This document shows positions 55,108-64,000 of a stretch of DNA of 64,000 nt, in pieces. The stretch covers positions 1 to 64,000 of the forward strand of contig CBDDTI010000729.1 of assembly GCA_965233585.1 (NCBI GenBank), read 5' to 3'. The translations under genes and the position numbers were made by a program. The notes beneath the pieces were generated by a model. It was not told the origin of the DNA. It searched no databases and saw only the letters and a program-made list of their open reading frames with translations. This DNA is from a bacterium (GTDB taxonomy: Bacteria > SAR324 > NAC60-12). Each line of letters starts with the position of its first letter. The stretch's first letter is position 1.

Positions 55108-55578
55108 ATGAATATTGAAGATTTCCAAGGTGTCCAACCAGAATTTATTCCCCAAACTTTCTTTGATGGAGAGCTTGACGTTTATGGATTAGTCAAAGAT
55201 TGGAAGGGAGACGTGATTAGAAGTTTTCAAGGTCAGATGAAAGGAAGCTGGAATGACGAAGGAACAGGAACTTTGTCAGAAACTTTTGTCTTTGATGATG
55301 GAGAGAACCAAAATAGAACTTGGACGCTCAAACCAGTTGATTCTAAAACATTTATTGCGACTGCAAATGACGTGATTGGAGAAGGATCTTTTATTACAAG
55401 GGGCAACACGATGTTTGGTCAATATACTTTGCAAATTGCCTATGGCAACTCTCCTCTTAACATTGATGTCCAAGATTGGCTTCATTTGCAAAACGATAAT
55501 GTTGTTTTGAATCATGCTAGAATGAAAAAATTTGGCATTACTGTTGGTTCACTCATCACAACTATTATCAAGAAATAG
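55108..55578 (+). CDS. DUF3833 family protein (signal peptide appears broken)
   Basis: FFDG, F.FDDGE...RTW, TANDVIG, DWLHL, MKKFG; usual neighbour of cfa/DUF1365. Confidence 0.8.
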   Translation: MNIEDFQGVQPEFIPQTFFDGELDVYGLVKDWKGDVIRSFQGQMKGSWNDEGTGTLSETFVFDDGENQNRTWTLKPVDSKTFIATANDVIGEGSFITRGNTMFGQYTLQIAYGNSPLNIDVQDWLHLQNDNVVLNHARMKKFGITVGSLITTIIKK

Positions 55579-55873
55579 TCATCTTTCTCAAACTTTTTAG
55601 AATCAGTTCTCAACATCTGGTTAGTTTCTGATTTTCAATCATAAAATTATGTTTTATCAAACGCAATATGGTAATTTTTCACAACTTTTAACTCAATTGA
55701 GTCATTTCGCCATTTGATGATTCCTTGTAAATGGACAGCCAACAACGCACCTCAGATTAATATCTCAAACAAAAAAATATTTTTGAATCATCAACGTCTT
55801 TTAAATTGACATGATTTGATTTTATAGTTATTCTGTCCGTTAAACTTTATTTTTTAACTTTTAATCAAAATTC

Positions 55874-56662
55874 ATGGAAGTCTTTATGAGGTTCTTAGTT
55901 CAGACTAAAGCAATCATTGTGAGTGTAGTGTTAATAGGGAGTTTTTCTGCCTATGCTCAAGAAGACGAAATTGGAACAACCCGCGTTGACATCACTTATG
56001 ATGTTGCTAATGCTTTCAGGATTCAAGATGTTGGGTTAAACAAGGAATCGGAGGGACAAATACGTGACCAGCAAGGATTTGGACTGGAATTTACTCAAGT
56101 TTTTGGGAAGTACATTGGGGTGAATTTGGGTTGGTCAAGTTATCATTATTCGGGTTCTATTTTTGACCAAGCGACTGTCAATTTTGAAGCCACTGAAGGC
56201 GGTGGAACTAAGGTCACAAGTAATGCGACAAATGTTGAATACAAAATGGACGTGAAAGCCTCTGTTGCTCGTGCTGGACTATCTTTGAATATCGAAGGAA
56301 AACGTGGAGAAGCTCACATTCCTTTTTTGTATATTTTGGAAGGCGGTTTTATGCGGGCAGAAACGACTGGTCAACTTGAGCTATTGACCAAAGCATCAAG
56401 CACCCCATTTGCAAAAATCAACTTCAAACAAGAACCAAATGCAAATTACTGGCGTTTTGGATTCTTGCTTGGATTTACTGATGGAATGCACTTCACTTTC
56501 GGATCTAAATCCCAAAATCTCTTGGCACTTGAGCTGGAAAGCTGTGATGCAAAACGAATTGGTGAAGACGCTTGTGATACCATTGACAATTCACTGAAAA
56601 ACAGAAAACAGGAATACAAACCTTTGGAGTCCATTATGTTAGGTTTAGGAGTGAATTGGTAA
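55874..56662 (+). CDS. Putative outer-membrane beta-barrel protein
   Basis: Signal peptide (AYA-Q), alternating amphipathic strands, C-terminal LGLGVNW. Confidence 0.65.
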   Translation: MEVFMRFLVQTKAIIVSVVLIGSFSAYAQEDEIGTTRVDITYDVANAFRIQDVGLNKESEGQIRDQQGFGLEFTQVFGKYIGVNLGWSSYHYSGSIFDQATVNFEATEGGGTKVTSNATNVEYKMDVKASVARAGLSLNIEGKRGEAHIPFLYILEGGFMRAETTGQLELLTKASSTPFAKINFKQEPNANYWRFGFLLGFTDGMHFTFGSKSQNLLALELESCDAKRIGEDACDTIDNSLKNRKQEYKPLESIMLGLGVNW

Positions 56663-56822
56663 GGTTTTGTCTGTTTATTAGTTTTAAATGTAGAAGCCTC
56701 AAATTAGTTTAATATCCCATCAAATAACTACTGCTGCAGTAGTAGAGCAGTGAAATTGAATCAATTTTTTTGAATGATTTATGGGTTTGGTACAATTCTT
56801 TTGAAATTTTTGAAAAAATCGC

Positions 56823-56850
56823 TTGACTTCAGAAGTCAGTTTGATATGAT
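56823..56850 (+). promoter_or_regulatory. Promoter with 7-1-7 palindromic operator
   Basis: TTGACT-N16-TATGAT; TGACTTC-A-GAAGTCA at 56824-56838 overlaps the -35. Confidence 0.55.
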
Positions 56851-56873
56851 TCATGTGTTTCTAATAGTTACTC

Positions 56874-57919
56874 TTGATGAAAGGCATGATGAAAACAGAT
56901 TTATTAGAATTAAACCTGACAAATGCTCAAAAAAGTCTTTTATTTGAGATTTTTGAAAAAATTGAATACCCCAAAACTTGTTACAGAACCTACCTAAACC
57001 AATTACAAGACCTGCTAAATCGTTTAGACTTTATGTTCAAGGATTTGTTTGAAAACAAGTCTTTATCAAGAGGATACCAGAAATACGGTTTAGTCAAGAT
57101 TACAAATCTTCCCCAAGATCAAATTGACTTAAAAGCTCCTAAAAACGGAAGCGATTTGAAACTTATCCCCAAAAAAACATATATATCTGAGAATGTACTA
57201 ACATTTTTCTCATTGATTTTTGGAAGACCTTACTCAGTACAAGCAGAAGGACAAGGTTTAATCAATAATTTGATACCTAAACAATCGAGTCATACTAGCC
57301 TTACTGGGATAGGATCAAAAAATGAACTTGGTTGGCATATTGAAAATACAGCATTACAATATGCTACAAAGTCTAATTGTTCTCCCCAATATCTTACCAT
57401 GATAGGCGTTACACAAGACCCTGCCCCCCCCCCCCCCAAACAAAGTTTGCAGATGCTAGAAAAGCTATCAGTTTATTGAAACAAAGTGACATTGATCTTT
57501 TGTCAAAACCTTTGTTTCAATTTAGACTCCCTTATCGTTGGAGAAGTCAGGAAAGATATATGAATTATCAAAGCAAACATGCTCCTATTCTCAAACTTGA
57601 AAATCATTCACTTTGTGTCAATGGAGCATTTTATGGCGACATGTTAGTTCAAGAAAATATCACCTCCAAAGAAAAAGAATCTGTTAAACATCTGATTGAA
57701 GCATTGAACGAAGTGAGTATTTCAGAGGTGATTGAACCCGGTACAATGATTTGTATAGACAATCGTGTCATACTCCATTCAAGAACAGCATTTAATGCAA
57801 CCTTTGACCAAGAAGGCAATCCTTCTCGTTGGGTTCAAAGACTTTTTCTTACTGAAAATCTTGCATCCTTTCAAGATTGGGATCAAACAGACGATAATGT
57901 TTACAAGTTCAACTTCTGA
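56874..57919 (+). pseudogene. Clavaminate-synthase-like (TauD/TfdA) Fe/2OG dioxygenase, frameshifted at a poly-C tract
   Basis: First part has ELGWHIEN (HxE); second part has IDNRVILHSR and RWVQR; frames switch at C14 (57424-57437). Confidence 0.85.
57424..57437. repeat. Homopolymeric C14 tract
   Basis: ctg-cccccccccccccc-aaa inside a very AT-rich gene. Confidence 0.95.
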
Positions 57920-59027
57920 CACAAGCCATATCAGATGGCAGGTTTATTTTCTGATCTTATCCAGTTCGTTGTTTCAAGGAGGCATTAGTCTTTATTCACT
58001 TTATTTAAGCGGAGAAGGATTATCTGACTATGATGTTTCTCTACATTATTCTATTTTTGGATTAGGTGGGATTCTAGGAAGCGTTTCTGGTGGAATTTTA
58101 GGTGAATACTATACAGCTAAAAAGATTTCTCTAATACTTAATTCTTTATTGATGATTGCTGTATCAGGTTTATTTTATTACGAGCCATTTTCTTTCTTTT
58201 CTTTTTTGATTGGTTATGGAATCACTACCAATAGATCCAATATACTCAATTATTTTTCAACAATTCAATGTCAAAAATTAGCAGAAAAAGCATTATCTTG
58301 GAGAAGATTTTTATTGAACTTAGGTGTTGCAGTTGGAGCATGGTTTGTAGGCTTTTTGCTTAAATTAGATAGTTTATACTTTTTATTATTTTGTGCTGTA
58401 ATTGCGATCATCAATTTAGTGATTTCCATCTTACTACCTCCATTAGCCAATCATGTTTCTCAAAACATAGATTCCATTCAAAAACAAGGATACAAACAAT
58501 TTTGGTTATTATGCTTAATTTTTGTATTGGCGTTATTTCCATTTGCTTTGATTCCTAATTTATACCTATTGCATTTACAAAGTGAAACAAACTTCATGCA
58601 CCCTTCTACTGCAGGAACCATATTTTTAGTGAATGGGGTGATCATTATTTTATTACAAGTTCCTATCATCAGGTTACTGGAAAATATAGCTTCCAAATGG
58701 AAGTGTAGTTTGGGAGTGTTATTGATTGGATTAGGTGTGGGAAGTGTTGCAATGACCCAAAATCAATTACAACTTTATTCAGGGGTCTTTCTTTGGACTC
58801 TTGGTGAGATCATTTTATTTGTTCCTTTTTTAACATTCTTTCTAAAGAGTTCTCCTTTTTCAAAGGGCAAAACAATCAGTATTTATCAGCTTTGTTTTGC
58901 TTTTTCTGATTTTGTCTATCCTTTAATTGCAGCACAAATGATTTTAGTTTCTAAATTTTACTTGTGGATTCTTGTGATATGTCTTTCTATTTTTTCAAGT
59001 ATTTTTTCATTTAAACTCATCAAGTAA
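57897..59027 (+). CDS. MFS transporter (probable exporter)
   Basis: Multiple TM helices, GGILGEYY motif-A-like segment, NLGVAVG; start overlaps the dioxygenase 3' end. Confidence 0.85.
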   Translation: MFTSSTSDTSHIRWQVYFLILSSSLFQGGISLYSLYLSGEGLSDYDVSLHYSIFGLGGILGSVSGGILGEYYTAKKISLILNSLLMIAVSGLFYYEPFSFFSFLIGYGITTNRSNILNYFSTIQCQKLAEKALSWRRFLLNLGVAVGAWFVGFLLKLDSLYFLLFCAVIAIINLVISILLPPLANHVSQNIDSIQKQGYKQFWLLCLIFVLALFPFALIPNLYLLHLQSETNFMHPSTAGTIFLVNGVIIILLQVPIIRLLENIASKWKCSLGVLLIGLGVGSVAMTQNQLQLYSGVFLWTLGEIILFVPFLTFFLKSSPFSKGKTISIYQLCFAFSDFVYPLIAAQMILVSKFYLWILVICLSIFSSIFSFKLIK

Positions 59028-59039
59028 TTTTTTATCAAC

Positions 59040-60233
59040 ATGAAACTGTTCTTTATGACAACTGCAACTAAGCTTAATATGTACTCTCATCACACTTTAG
59101 ATATTGCTAAGACGTTTCAGCCGATTGCTATTTTACCTCAAGGACATCAAAAACTAGTCAATGCTGAAACATCTGCTATCTTTTCTAAAATGATTGAATT
59201 TGGTGAAAATTGTACAATGAACGAACAATTCAAAAAGCATTATCAACATAAAGAAGAAACTAGAATCATCTCAATGTCTGAAGAAATGTTGTTAGAAATT
59301 GCAAAGCTTAGAGATGAGTTTGATCTACCCGGAATGAGATACCAAGAGACCTTACTTTTTAGGGATAAATATGAAATGAAAAGGCACCTTAATCAATATG
59401 AAATTCCTATGTCTTCTTTTTTAGAATATGACAAAATGAAGGATTTTCAATACTATGAAAGTCATTTGAAATGTCCCTTTATTCTCAAACCAAGAGACGC
59501 TTTTGGTGCAGAAGGGTTTTATAAAATTAACAACAAAAAAATATACAATGAAGTCAAGCACCTACTACGTAACTGTGCTAAGGAATACATGGCTGAAAGC
59601 TTCATTGAGGGAGAATTATTTCACTGCGAAAGTATTGTACAAAATGGAGAAATTATTTTTTCTCAAGTTGGTCAATGCTCCACTCCTGCTGCAAATTTTC
59701 AAAAGTTAGAACCGATGTTTTATTCTTTTGTGAAAAATGAAGAAGACATTGCTATTAGAATCAAAACACTCAATCAAGATGTTTTGAAAGTGATGCCTTT
59801 ACTAAACGGAGTGACACATCATGAAGTTTTTGTGAAACCTGATGGAAATATTGTGTTTTTAGAGATTGCAGCTAGAACACCTGGCGCATTACTTGTTCCT
59901 CAATACCAAAAAAAGTTTGGCATCAATTTACTAGATATTTCTTTTTTACAACAAATGGACATAGAATTTAATTTACAACTCAATGAAAGCAAAACCTATG
60001 TTGCAACAGGACAATTTCCTTTGGGAAAAGGAGTTGTCAAAAAGTTAAACTATCCCAGTAACCTTAACTCAAAGTTTCATTTCCAACATAGAATCCAAAA
60101 AAACGATCAACTACATGGAGCCAAACAACTGCGAGATATTGCAGCAGATATTATCTTAGAAAATGAGAGTGAACCTGCACTTAAACAAGACATGCTATAC
60201 CTTTCTCAATTTGATGTTTGTGAATTTTACTGA
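59040..60233 (+). CDS. ATP-grasp ligase (L-amino-acid ligase-like)
   Basis: FRDKYEMK, PFILKP, AESFIEG, HHEVF, FLEIAARTPG. Confidence 0.87.
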   Translation: MKLFFMTTATKLNMYSHHTLDIAKTFQPIAILPQGHQKLVNAETSAIFSKMIEFGENCTMNEQFKKHYQHKEETRIISMSEEMLLEIAKLRDEFDLPGMRYQETLLFRDKYEMKRHLNQYEIPMSSFLEYDKMKDFQYYESHLKCPFILKPRDAFGAEGFYKINNKKIYNEVKHLLRNCAKEYMAESFIEGELFHCESIVQNGEIIFSQVGQCSTPAANFQKLEPMFYSFVKNEEDIAIRIKTLNQDVLKVMPLLNGVTHHEVFVKPDGNIVFLEIAARTPGALLVPQYQKKFGINLLDISFLQQMDIEFNLQLNESKTYVATGQFPLGKGVVKKLNYPSNLNSKFHFQHRIQKNDQLHGAKQLRDIAADIILENESEPALKQDMLYLSQFDVCEFY

Positions 60234-60276
60234 ATTTATCTTGTTGTTAGAGCCAATCTACTGATAATGGTATTGA

Positions 60277-60606
60277 CTACTTTTTACAAAATTCCATGAT
60301 GAGTTCATCAGGTGAGCGATAGTTGCAGTCGTATTTGTTCATTTCTGCTGCGCCGCAATAATATGTGCCATCACTCAAATTGGCAGAGGCAAACACAGGA
60401 GGTTGCTGGACAGAGTCTAAAATTTTGACCTTCCCTGATTGAATCATAAAACTAGTTTTCCCCCAACGCAGTGCAATACGGCAGAGTTTCACAACTTCTG
60501 AATAAGACTGACCCGGGTACAACAATACGGGGCTAGATTGAGAGCAATTATTGATAATAAATATGCAAATCCACAGCAGGATATTCCGACAATTAAAGCA
60601 ACTCAT
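60277..60606 (-). CDS. Small hypothetical secreted/lipoprotein
   Basis: Hydrophobic N-terminus ending in NNC; start moved to ATG 60606, which overlaps the prs-like stop. Confidence 0.45.
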   Translation of the reverse strand: MSCFNCRNILLWICIFIINNCSQSSPVLLYPGQSYSEVVKLCRIALRWGKTSFMIQSGKVKILDSVQQPPVFASANLSDGTYYCGAAEMNKYDCNYRSPDELIMEFCKK

Positions 60607-61816
60607 ATTGAAAGGATTGAGTATGACCCTGTCTTCTTGGATTTTTTGATGAAATGTCAACATCATATAAATTTTTGACATTGATGACGCTTTGCTTTCC
60701 GTAAATCTCTCTTGGGTCTTGTTGATTTTCAATACACTGAATCACAGCATCAGCAATCCATTTTTCAATTTTAAGAACCACTGTTTTTTTGCGCAATCTA
60801 CCTTGGTCATCGCGGTTGAGGATATTGGGAATAGTATTTGTCGTGATGAATTGATTCAAACCTTTGGCATTGAGATTTGACCTTCCTTCACTAGAAATGT
60901 AGGTATGAGTGCAATAGAAAAAGATATTAGCAGGCTGAGCTTCTTCTATTAAAAGCTGGACTACTGCTGAAATTGTGACCCCTGTGCGTATCATGTCATC
61001 AAGAATAAAAACGTCTTTTCCCCGAAGTTGTTGGAGGTCATTGCTAGCATTGATTTCCACATCACGTTGCCCATACCTTGTCTTATCCATATTGACTAGG
61101 ACTGAACGATGTAAATTGGTGAACTCTCTCACACGGCTGACAAAATCCACTGCTCCATTGTCAGGCGCTACAAAGCCAATATGTCTGCCTGAATCTTTGA
61201 CATTTGCAAGCCCTGAAGTCAGGATATAGTTGGCAATGATGTGAGCGATGTCCAAATTCATAAATGGGGGTAATTCTTCAAAAAGTTGGGACTCAAAAAC
61301 ATCTTGATAGATCTCTGCCATGACGGCAGGTTTGTGATTGTGAACCGTCATCACCATATCTACACCTGATTCTTTTAAAAGTCTGGCATACAAAAATGCA
61401 GAACAAGGTTGCCCTGCAAATTTTTTGATTGATTTGAAGTCTGTCACTTGTGGATGATTTGTTTTTTGCACACCTCTATCTTGTGCAGAATAAAACAAAT
61501 CTGGCTCAATCAAAATGACATTGTCAGCACCATTTTCTTTTGCGGCTGATGCAATCAAAAAGTTACGTGTTGCTAATTCGTTGCGTGTGTAGTGAGGCGA
61601 GGAAGTGGAAATGATATAAACAGTTTTACCTTTTAACTGTTGACCGATATTTTCTTCTGTGATTTCTCCATAGATGAATCGTGGGCAAAATTCCGTATTT
61701 TTAAAGCTCTTGAGCGAGACTAAATCAAGAATGTCTTCAGCTTGTTGGGCATGGTGAGCCACACCGATTGCAAAAGACGCATCTCCCACATTAGACACAA
61801 CAATTATTTTTTTCAT
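60593..61816 (-). CDS. Ribose-phosphate pyrophosphokinase-like protein (divergent)
   Basis: YSAQDR, VHNH, VAPDNGA, ILDDMIRTG PRPP-binding loop, TNTIP. Confidence 0.8.
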   Translation of the reverse strand: MKKIIVVSNVGDASFAIGVAHHAQQAEDILDLVSLKSFKNTEFCPRFIYGEITEENIGQQLKGKTVYIISTSSPHYTRNELATRNFLIASAAKENGADNVILIEPDLFYSAQDRGVQKTNHPQVTDFKSIKKFAGQPCSAFLYARLLKESGVDMVMTVHNHKPAVMAEIYQDVFESQLFEELPPFMNLDIAHIIANYILTSGLANVKDSGRHIGFVAPDNGAVDFVSRVREFTNLHRSVLVNMDKTRYGQRDVEINASNDLQQLRGKDVFILDDMIRTGVTISAVVQLLIEEAQPANIFFYCTHTYISSEGRSNLNAKGLNQFITTNTIPNILNRDDQGRLRKKTVVLKIEKWIADAVIQCIENQQDPREIYGKQSVINVKNLYDVDISSKNPRRQGHTQSFQYELL

Positions 61817-61832
61817 AAGCGATGATTTTGGT

Positions 61833-62585
61833 TTATTTGATGGCAATAACTCTAATTCTTTGGTAGTCAGCAAACCACTTTCCATTAATGAAACACTGGG
61901 GTTTTAACTTTTGCTGAACCTCATCTTGAATCTCCTCCCTATCTTGAACAAGGACTCCTTCAAAAAAATGTTGGGCAAACATTGAAAGCCAATCTTTGAT
62001 CCCATTCTCTTTGTCTTGTAATTCTGTGGGTCTTTCAAAATGTTGGGCAAAAATCACTTTGAACCCAACTTTTTCAAGCTCTGTTGTGTATTGAGCAATG
62101 GAAGGGAAGTACCATAAATTCAGTTGCGATTGCTTTTGGTAACCTTTGGCAAGCAACGATTTTCTTAACTGATTCAAAATGGCTTCTATGTTGCCCTTTC
62201 CCCCAAATTCAAAGACAATCCTACCTCCTTTTTTTAAATGACGATAAGCACATCTGATGGGGCTTTGATAGTCAGTGACCCAATGAAGAACGGCATTAGA
62301 AAAAATGGCATCAAAGGGGTCTTCAAAATGAAAATGAGTGGCATCTGCAACTTGAAATTGAATTTTTTGATGTTTTGACTTGGCATTTGCAATCATCTCC
62401 GTTGATTGATCAATGCCTATCACCTCATGGCAAAGTTGACTGATTTCAAACGTTAGTTGACCAGAACCACAACCTAAATCTAAAATTTTCTCATGTTTCT
62501 GTGGGTTAAGAAGTTTGATCAAATCTTCACCATACTGATACACAAAAGAATGTTTATCGTTATAAAGTTCAGTATTCCATTTCAT
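61833..62585 (-). CDS. Class I SAM-dependent methyltransferase (Tam-like)
   Basis: ILDLGCGSG, FSNAVLHWV, EFGGKGNI, ADYQRIR. Confidence 0.88.
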   Translation of the reverse strand: MKWNTELYNDKHSFVYQYGEDLIKLLNPQKHEKILDLGCGSGQLTFEISQLCHEVIGIDQSTEMIANAKSKHQKIQFQVADATHFHFEDPFDAIFSNAVLHWVTDYQSPIRCAYRHLKKGGRIVFEFGGKGNIEAILNQLRKSLLAKGYQKQSQLNLWYFPSIAQYTTELEKVGFKVIFAQHFERPTELQDKENGIKDWLSMFAQHFFEGVLVQDREEIQDEVQQKLKPQCFINGKWFADYQRIRVIAIK

Positions 62586-62640
62586 CTTTGAATTGTATTT
62601 CTCCTTTAAGGGTTTTCATGCTGTGACGTTGTGATTTAAA

Positions 62641-63831
62641 TCATCCTTTGACATTGAGAACTTGTTTTAAAGTATAAAGAACGTCAACAAGGTCTGTTTG
62701 GTTTTGCATGACAGAATCAATATCTTTGTAGGCGGCAGGGATTTCATCAAGCTGTGCTTGACCTTTGGGACATTCAATGCCTTCTGTTTGTTTGATTAAG
62801 TCAGCCACTGTATATTTTCGCATTGCCGCTTTTCTACCCAGTTTGCGACCTGCTCCATGTGAGCAAGAAGTGAATGAATCAGCATTGCCTTTGCCTTTGA
62901 CAATGTAGCTTTTTGCCCCCATGCTACCCGGTATGATTCCTAAATCGCCTACTCTGGCTCGGATTGCTCCTTTTCTTGTCACGTAAATATTTTTTTGAAA
63001 GTGGTGTTCTTTGGCAATGTAATTGTGATGGCAGTTGACAACCTCTAAAGTGGTATGAAAATCGGGAAAGTAGCGATTCAACACTGATTGAATTTGTTCA
63101 AGCATGACTTGACGATTCAATGCTGCATACTTTTGCGCCCAACTTACCGCCTCTATGTAATCATCAAAAATTTCTGTGTATTCTGAAAAATAAGCAAGGT
63201 CTCTGTCAGGCAAGTATTCCAGAATATGATACCGTTGCAGCTCTTGCTTGGCTTTTTCTATGAAATAACTCCCAATTTTATTGCCTGCCCCTCTTGAGCC
63301 AGAATGTAAGAGAATCCAAACATCATTGTTTTGGTCAAGGCAAAGTTCAATAAAATGATTGCCACCTCCTAATGTTCCAATTTGCTTTGAAACGTGAAGA
63401 GAGGCTGCTGGGGAATGCTTACTTACGATTTTTTCATATTGAGGGAGTAAAGCGTCTTTGATATTTAGAGGAATTTCTGCCCATGTCTTTTGGGTGTTGC
63501 CTCTGCCTACAGGAACAGCCTTTTCAATATCCAAACGTATTGCTCGCAAACTATCAGGCAAACGATTAGCTGTCAGATTCGTTCGTGCAGCTAACATACC
63601 GCAGCCAATGTCAACTCCAACAGAGGCAGGAATGATCGCTTGAAACGTTGGAATGACTGACCCAACAGTAGACCCTAACCCCCAATGCACATCAGGCATT
63701 GCCGCAATATGATGATGAATGAATTTAAGCTGAGCCAAGTTTTCTAACTGCATAATCGCACCCTGCTCAATCTCATCTGTCCAAATTTTCACAGGCACAC
63801 GACCCTCTGTCAGTACTTGTTTAATTGGCAT
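62641..63831 (-). CDS. rtcB: RtcB RNA ligase
   Basis: MPDVH, GVDIGCG, GTLGGGNHFIE, HSGSRG, CHHNY, RKGA, PGSMG, SHGAGR. Confidence 0.95.
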   Translation of the reverse strand: MPIKQVLTEGRVPVKIWTDEIEQGAIMQLENLAQLKFIHHHIAAMPDVHWGLGSTVGSVIPTFQAIIPASVGVDIGCGMLAARTNLTANRLPDSLRAIRLDIEKAVPVGRGNTQKTWAEIPLNIKDALLPQYEKIVSKHSPAASLHVSKQIGTLGGGNHFIELCLDQNNDVWILLHSGSRGAGNKIGSYFIEKAKQELQRYHILEYLPDRDLAYFSEYTEIFDDYIEAVSWAQKYAALNRQVMLEQIQSVLNRYFPDFHTTLEVVNCHHNYIAKEHHFQKNIYVTRKGAIRARVGDLGIIPGSMGAKSYIVKGKGNADSFTSCSHGAGRKLGRKAAMRKYTVADLIKQTEGIECPKGQAQLDEIPAAYKDIDSVMQNQTDLVDVLYTLKQVLNVKG

Positions 63832-63890
63832 GATTCTTTCTGTTTGTGGACTTTAACACCTTTCAAACCATCAACATTCATTCTCCAATT

Positions 63891-63998
63891 TCAAAGTTGG
63901 ACAAAAACTTGTCCGTTTCTTTGAATATGTTCTTTTAGGGCAGGATTCTTAATGTTTTTCCAATATTGAATATCACAAAGGTAGGGGAAGTTTGACTC
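63891..63998 (-). CDS. C-terminus of a minimal nucleotidyltransferase (MNT antitoxin-like); 5' part outside window
   Basis: Own translation ESNFPYLCDIQYWKNIKNPALKEHIQRNGQVFVQL* fits the PY..D......I.N..L.EHI...G tail of HI0073-type MNTs. Confidence 0.6.
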   Translation of the reverse strand, partial: ESNFPYLCDIQYWKNIKNPALKEHIQRNGQVFVQL

Positions 63999-64000
63999 TT

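Noticed and set aside
57765..57896. N-terminal extension of the MFS ORF
   Set aside because: Overlaps the dioxygenase C-terminal coding region; ATG 57897 is more plausible

Overview
AT-rich bacterial chromosomal window; the gene set looks delta-proteobacterial or SAR324-like, but this is inference and the 16S should be classified. 1-7 kb holds rpmI-rplT converging on a complete minus-strand rRNA operon (16S, tRNA-Ile, tRNA-Ala, 23S, 5S). Downstream of the 5S are a truncated tRNA-Val, an orphan ORF, tRNA-Leu and an inverted infC fragment. 7-26 kb holds housekeeping genes (dapA, adenylate cyclase, serC, carbonic anhydrase, sucCD, pheS, ABC exporter), a 1.5-kb tandem duplication of lipoprotein genes, a YbiU-like oxygenase, a GtsABCD-type glucose ABC transporter and fumC. 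26-40 kb is an Fe-siderophore ABC uptake locus interleaved with msrB, two type II restriction-modification systems (one REase frameshifted by a perfect 70-bp tandem duplication), an RM remnant and a CoiA/DUF6035-like nuclease lying between the leader and remnant of another binding-protein gene. 40-51 kb is a GntR-controlled sugar/sugar-acid (L-lyxonate-like) catabolic cluster with an AbiEii-type TA pair inside the ABC operon. 52-56 kb is a furan-fatty-acid-like (UfaD/UfaO/UfaM) cluster. 57-60 kb is a three-gene Fe/2OG hydroxylase, MFS and ATP-grasp cluster whose first gene is frameshifted at a C14 tract, a candidate phase-variable peptide biosynthesis locus. 60-64 kb holds prs-like, methyltransferase, rtcB and a partial MNT gene. 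All family assignments come from motif recognition, not database searches.
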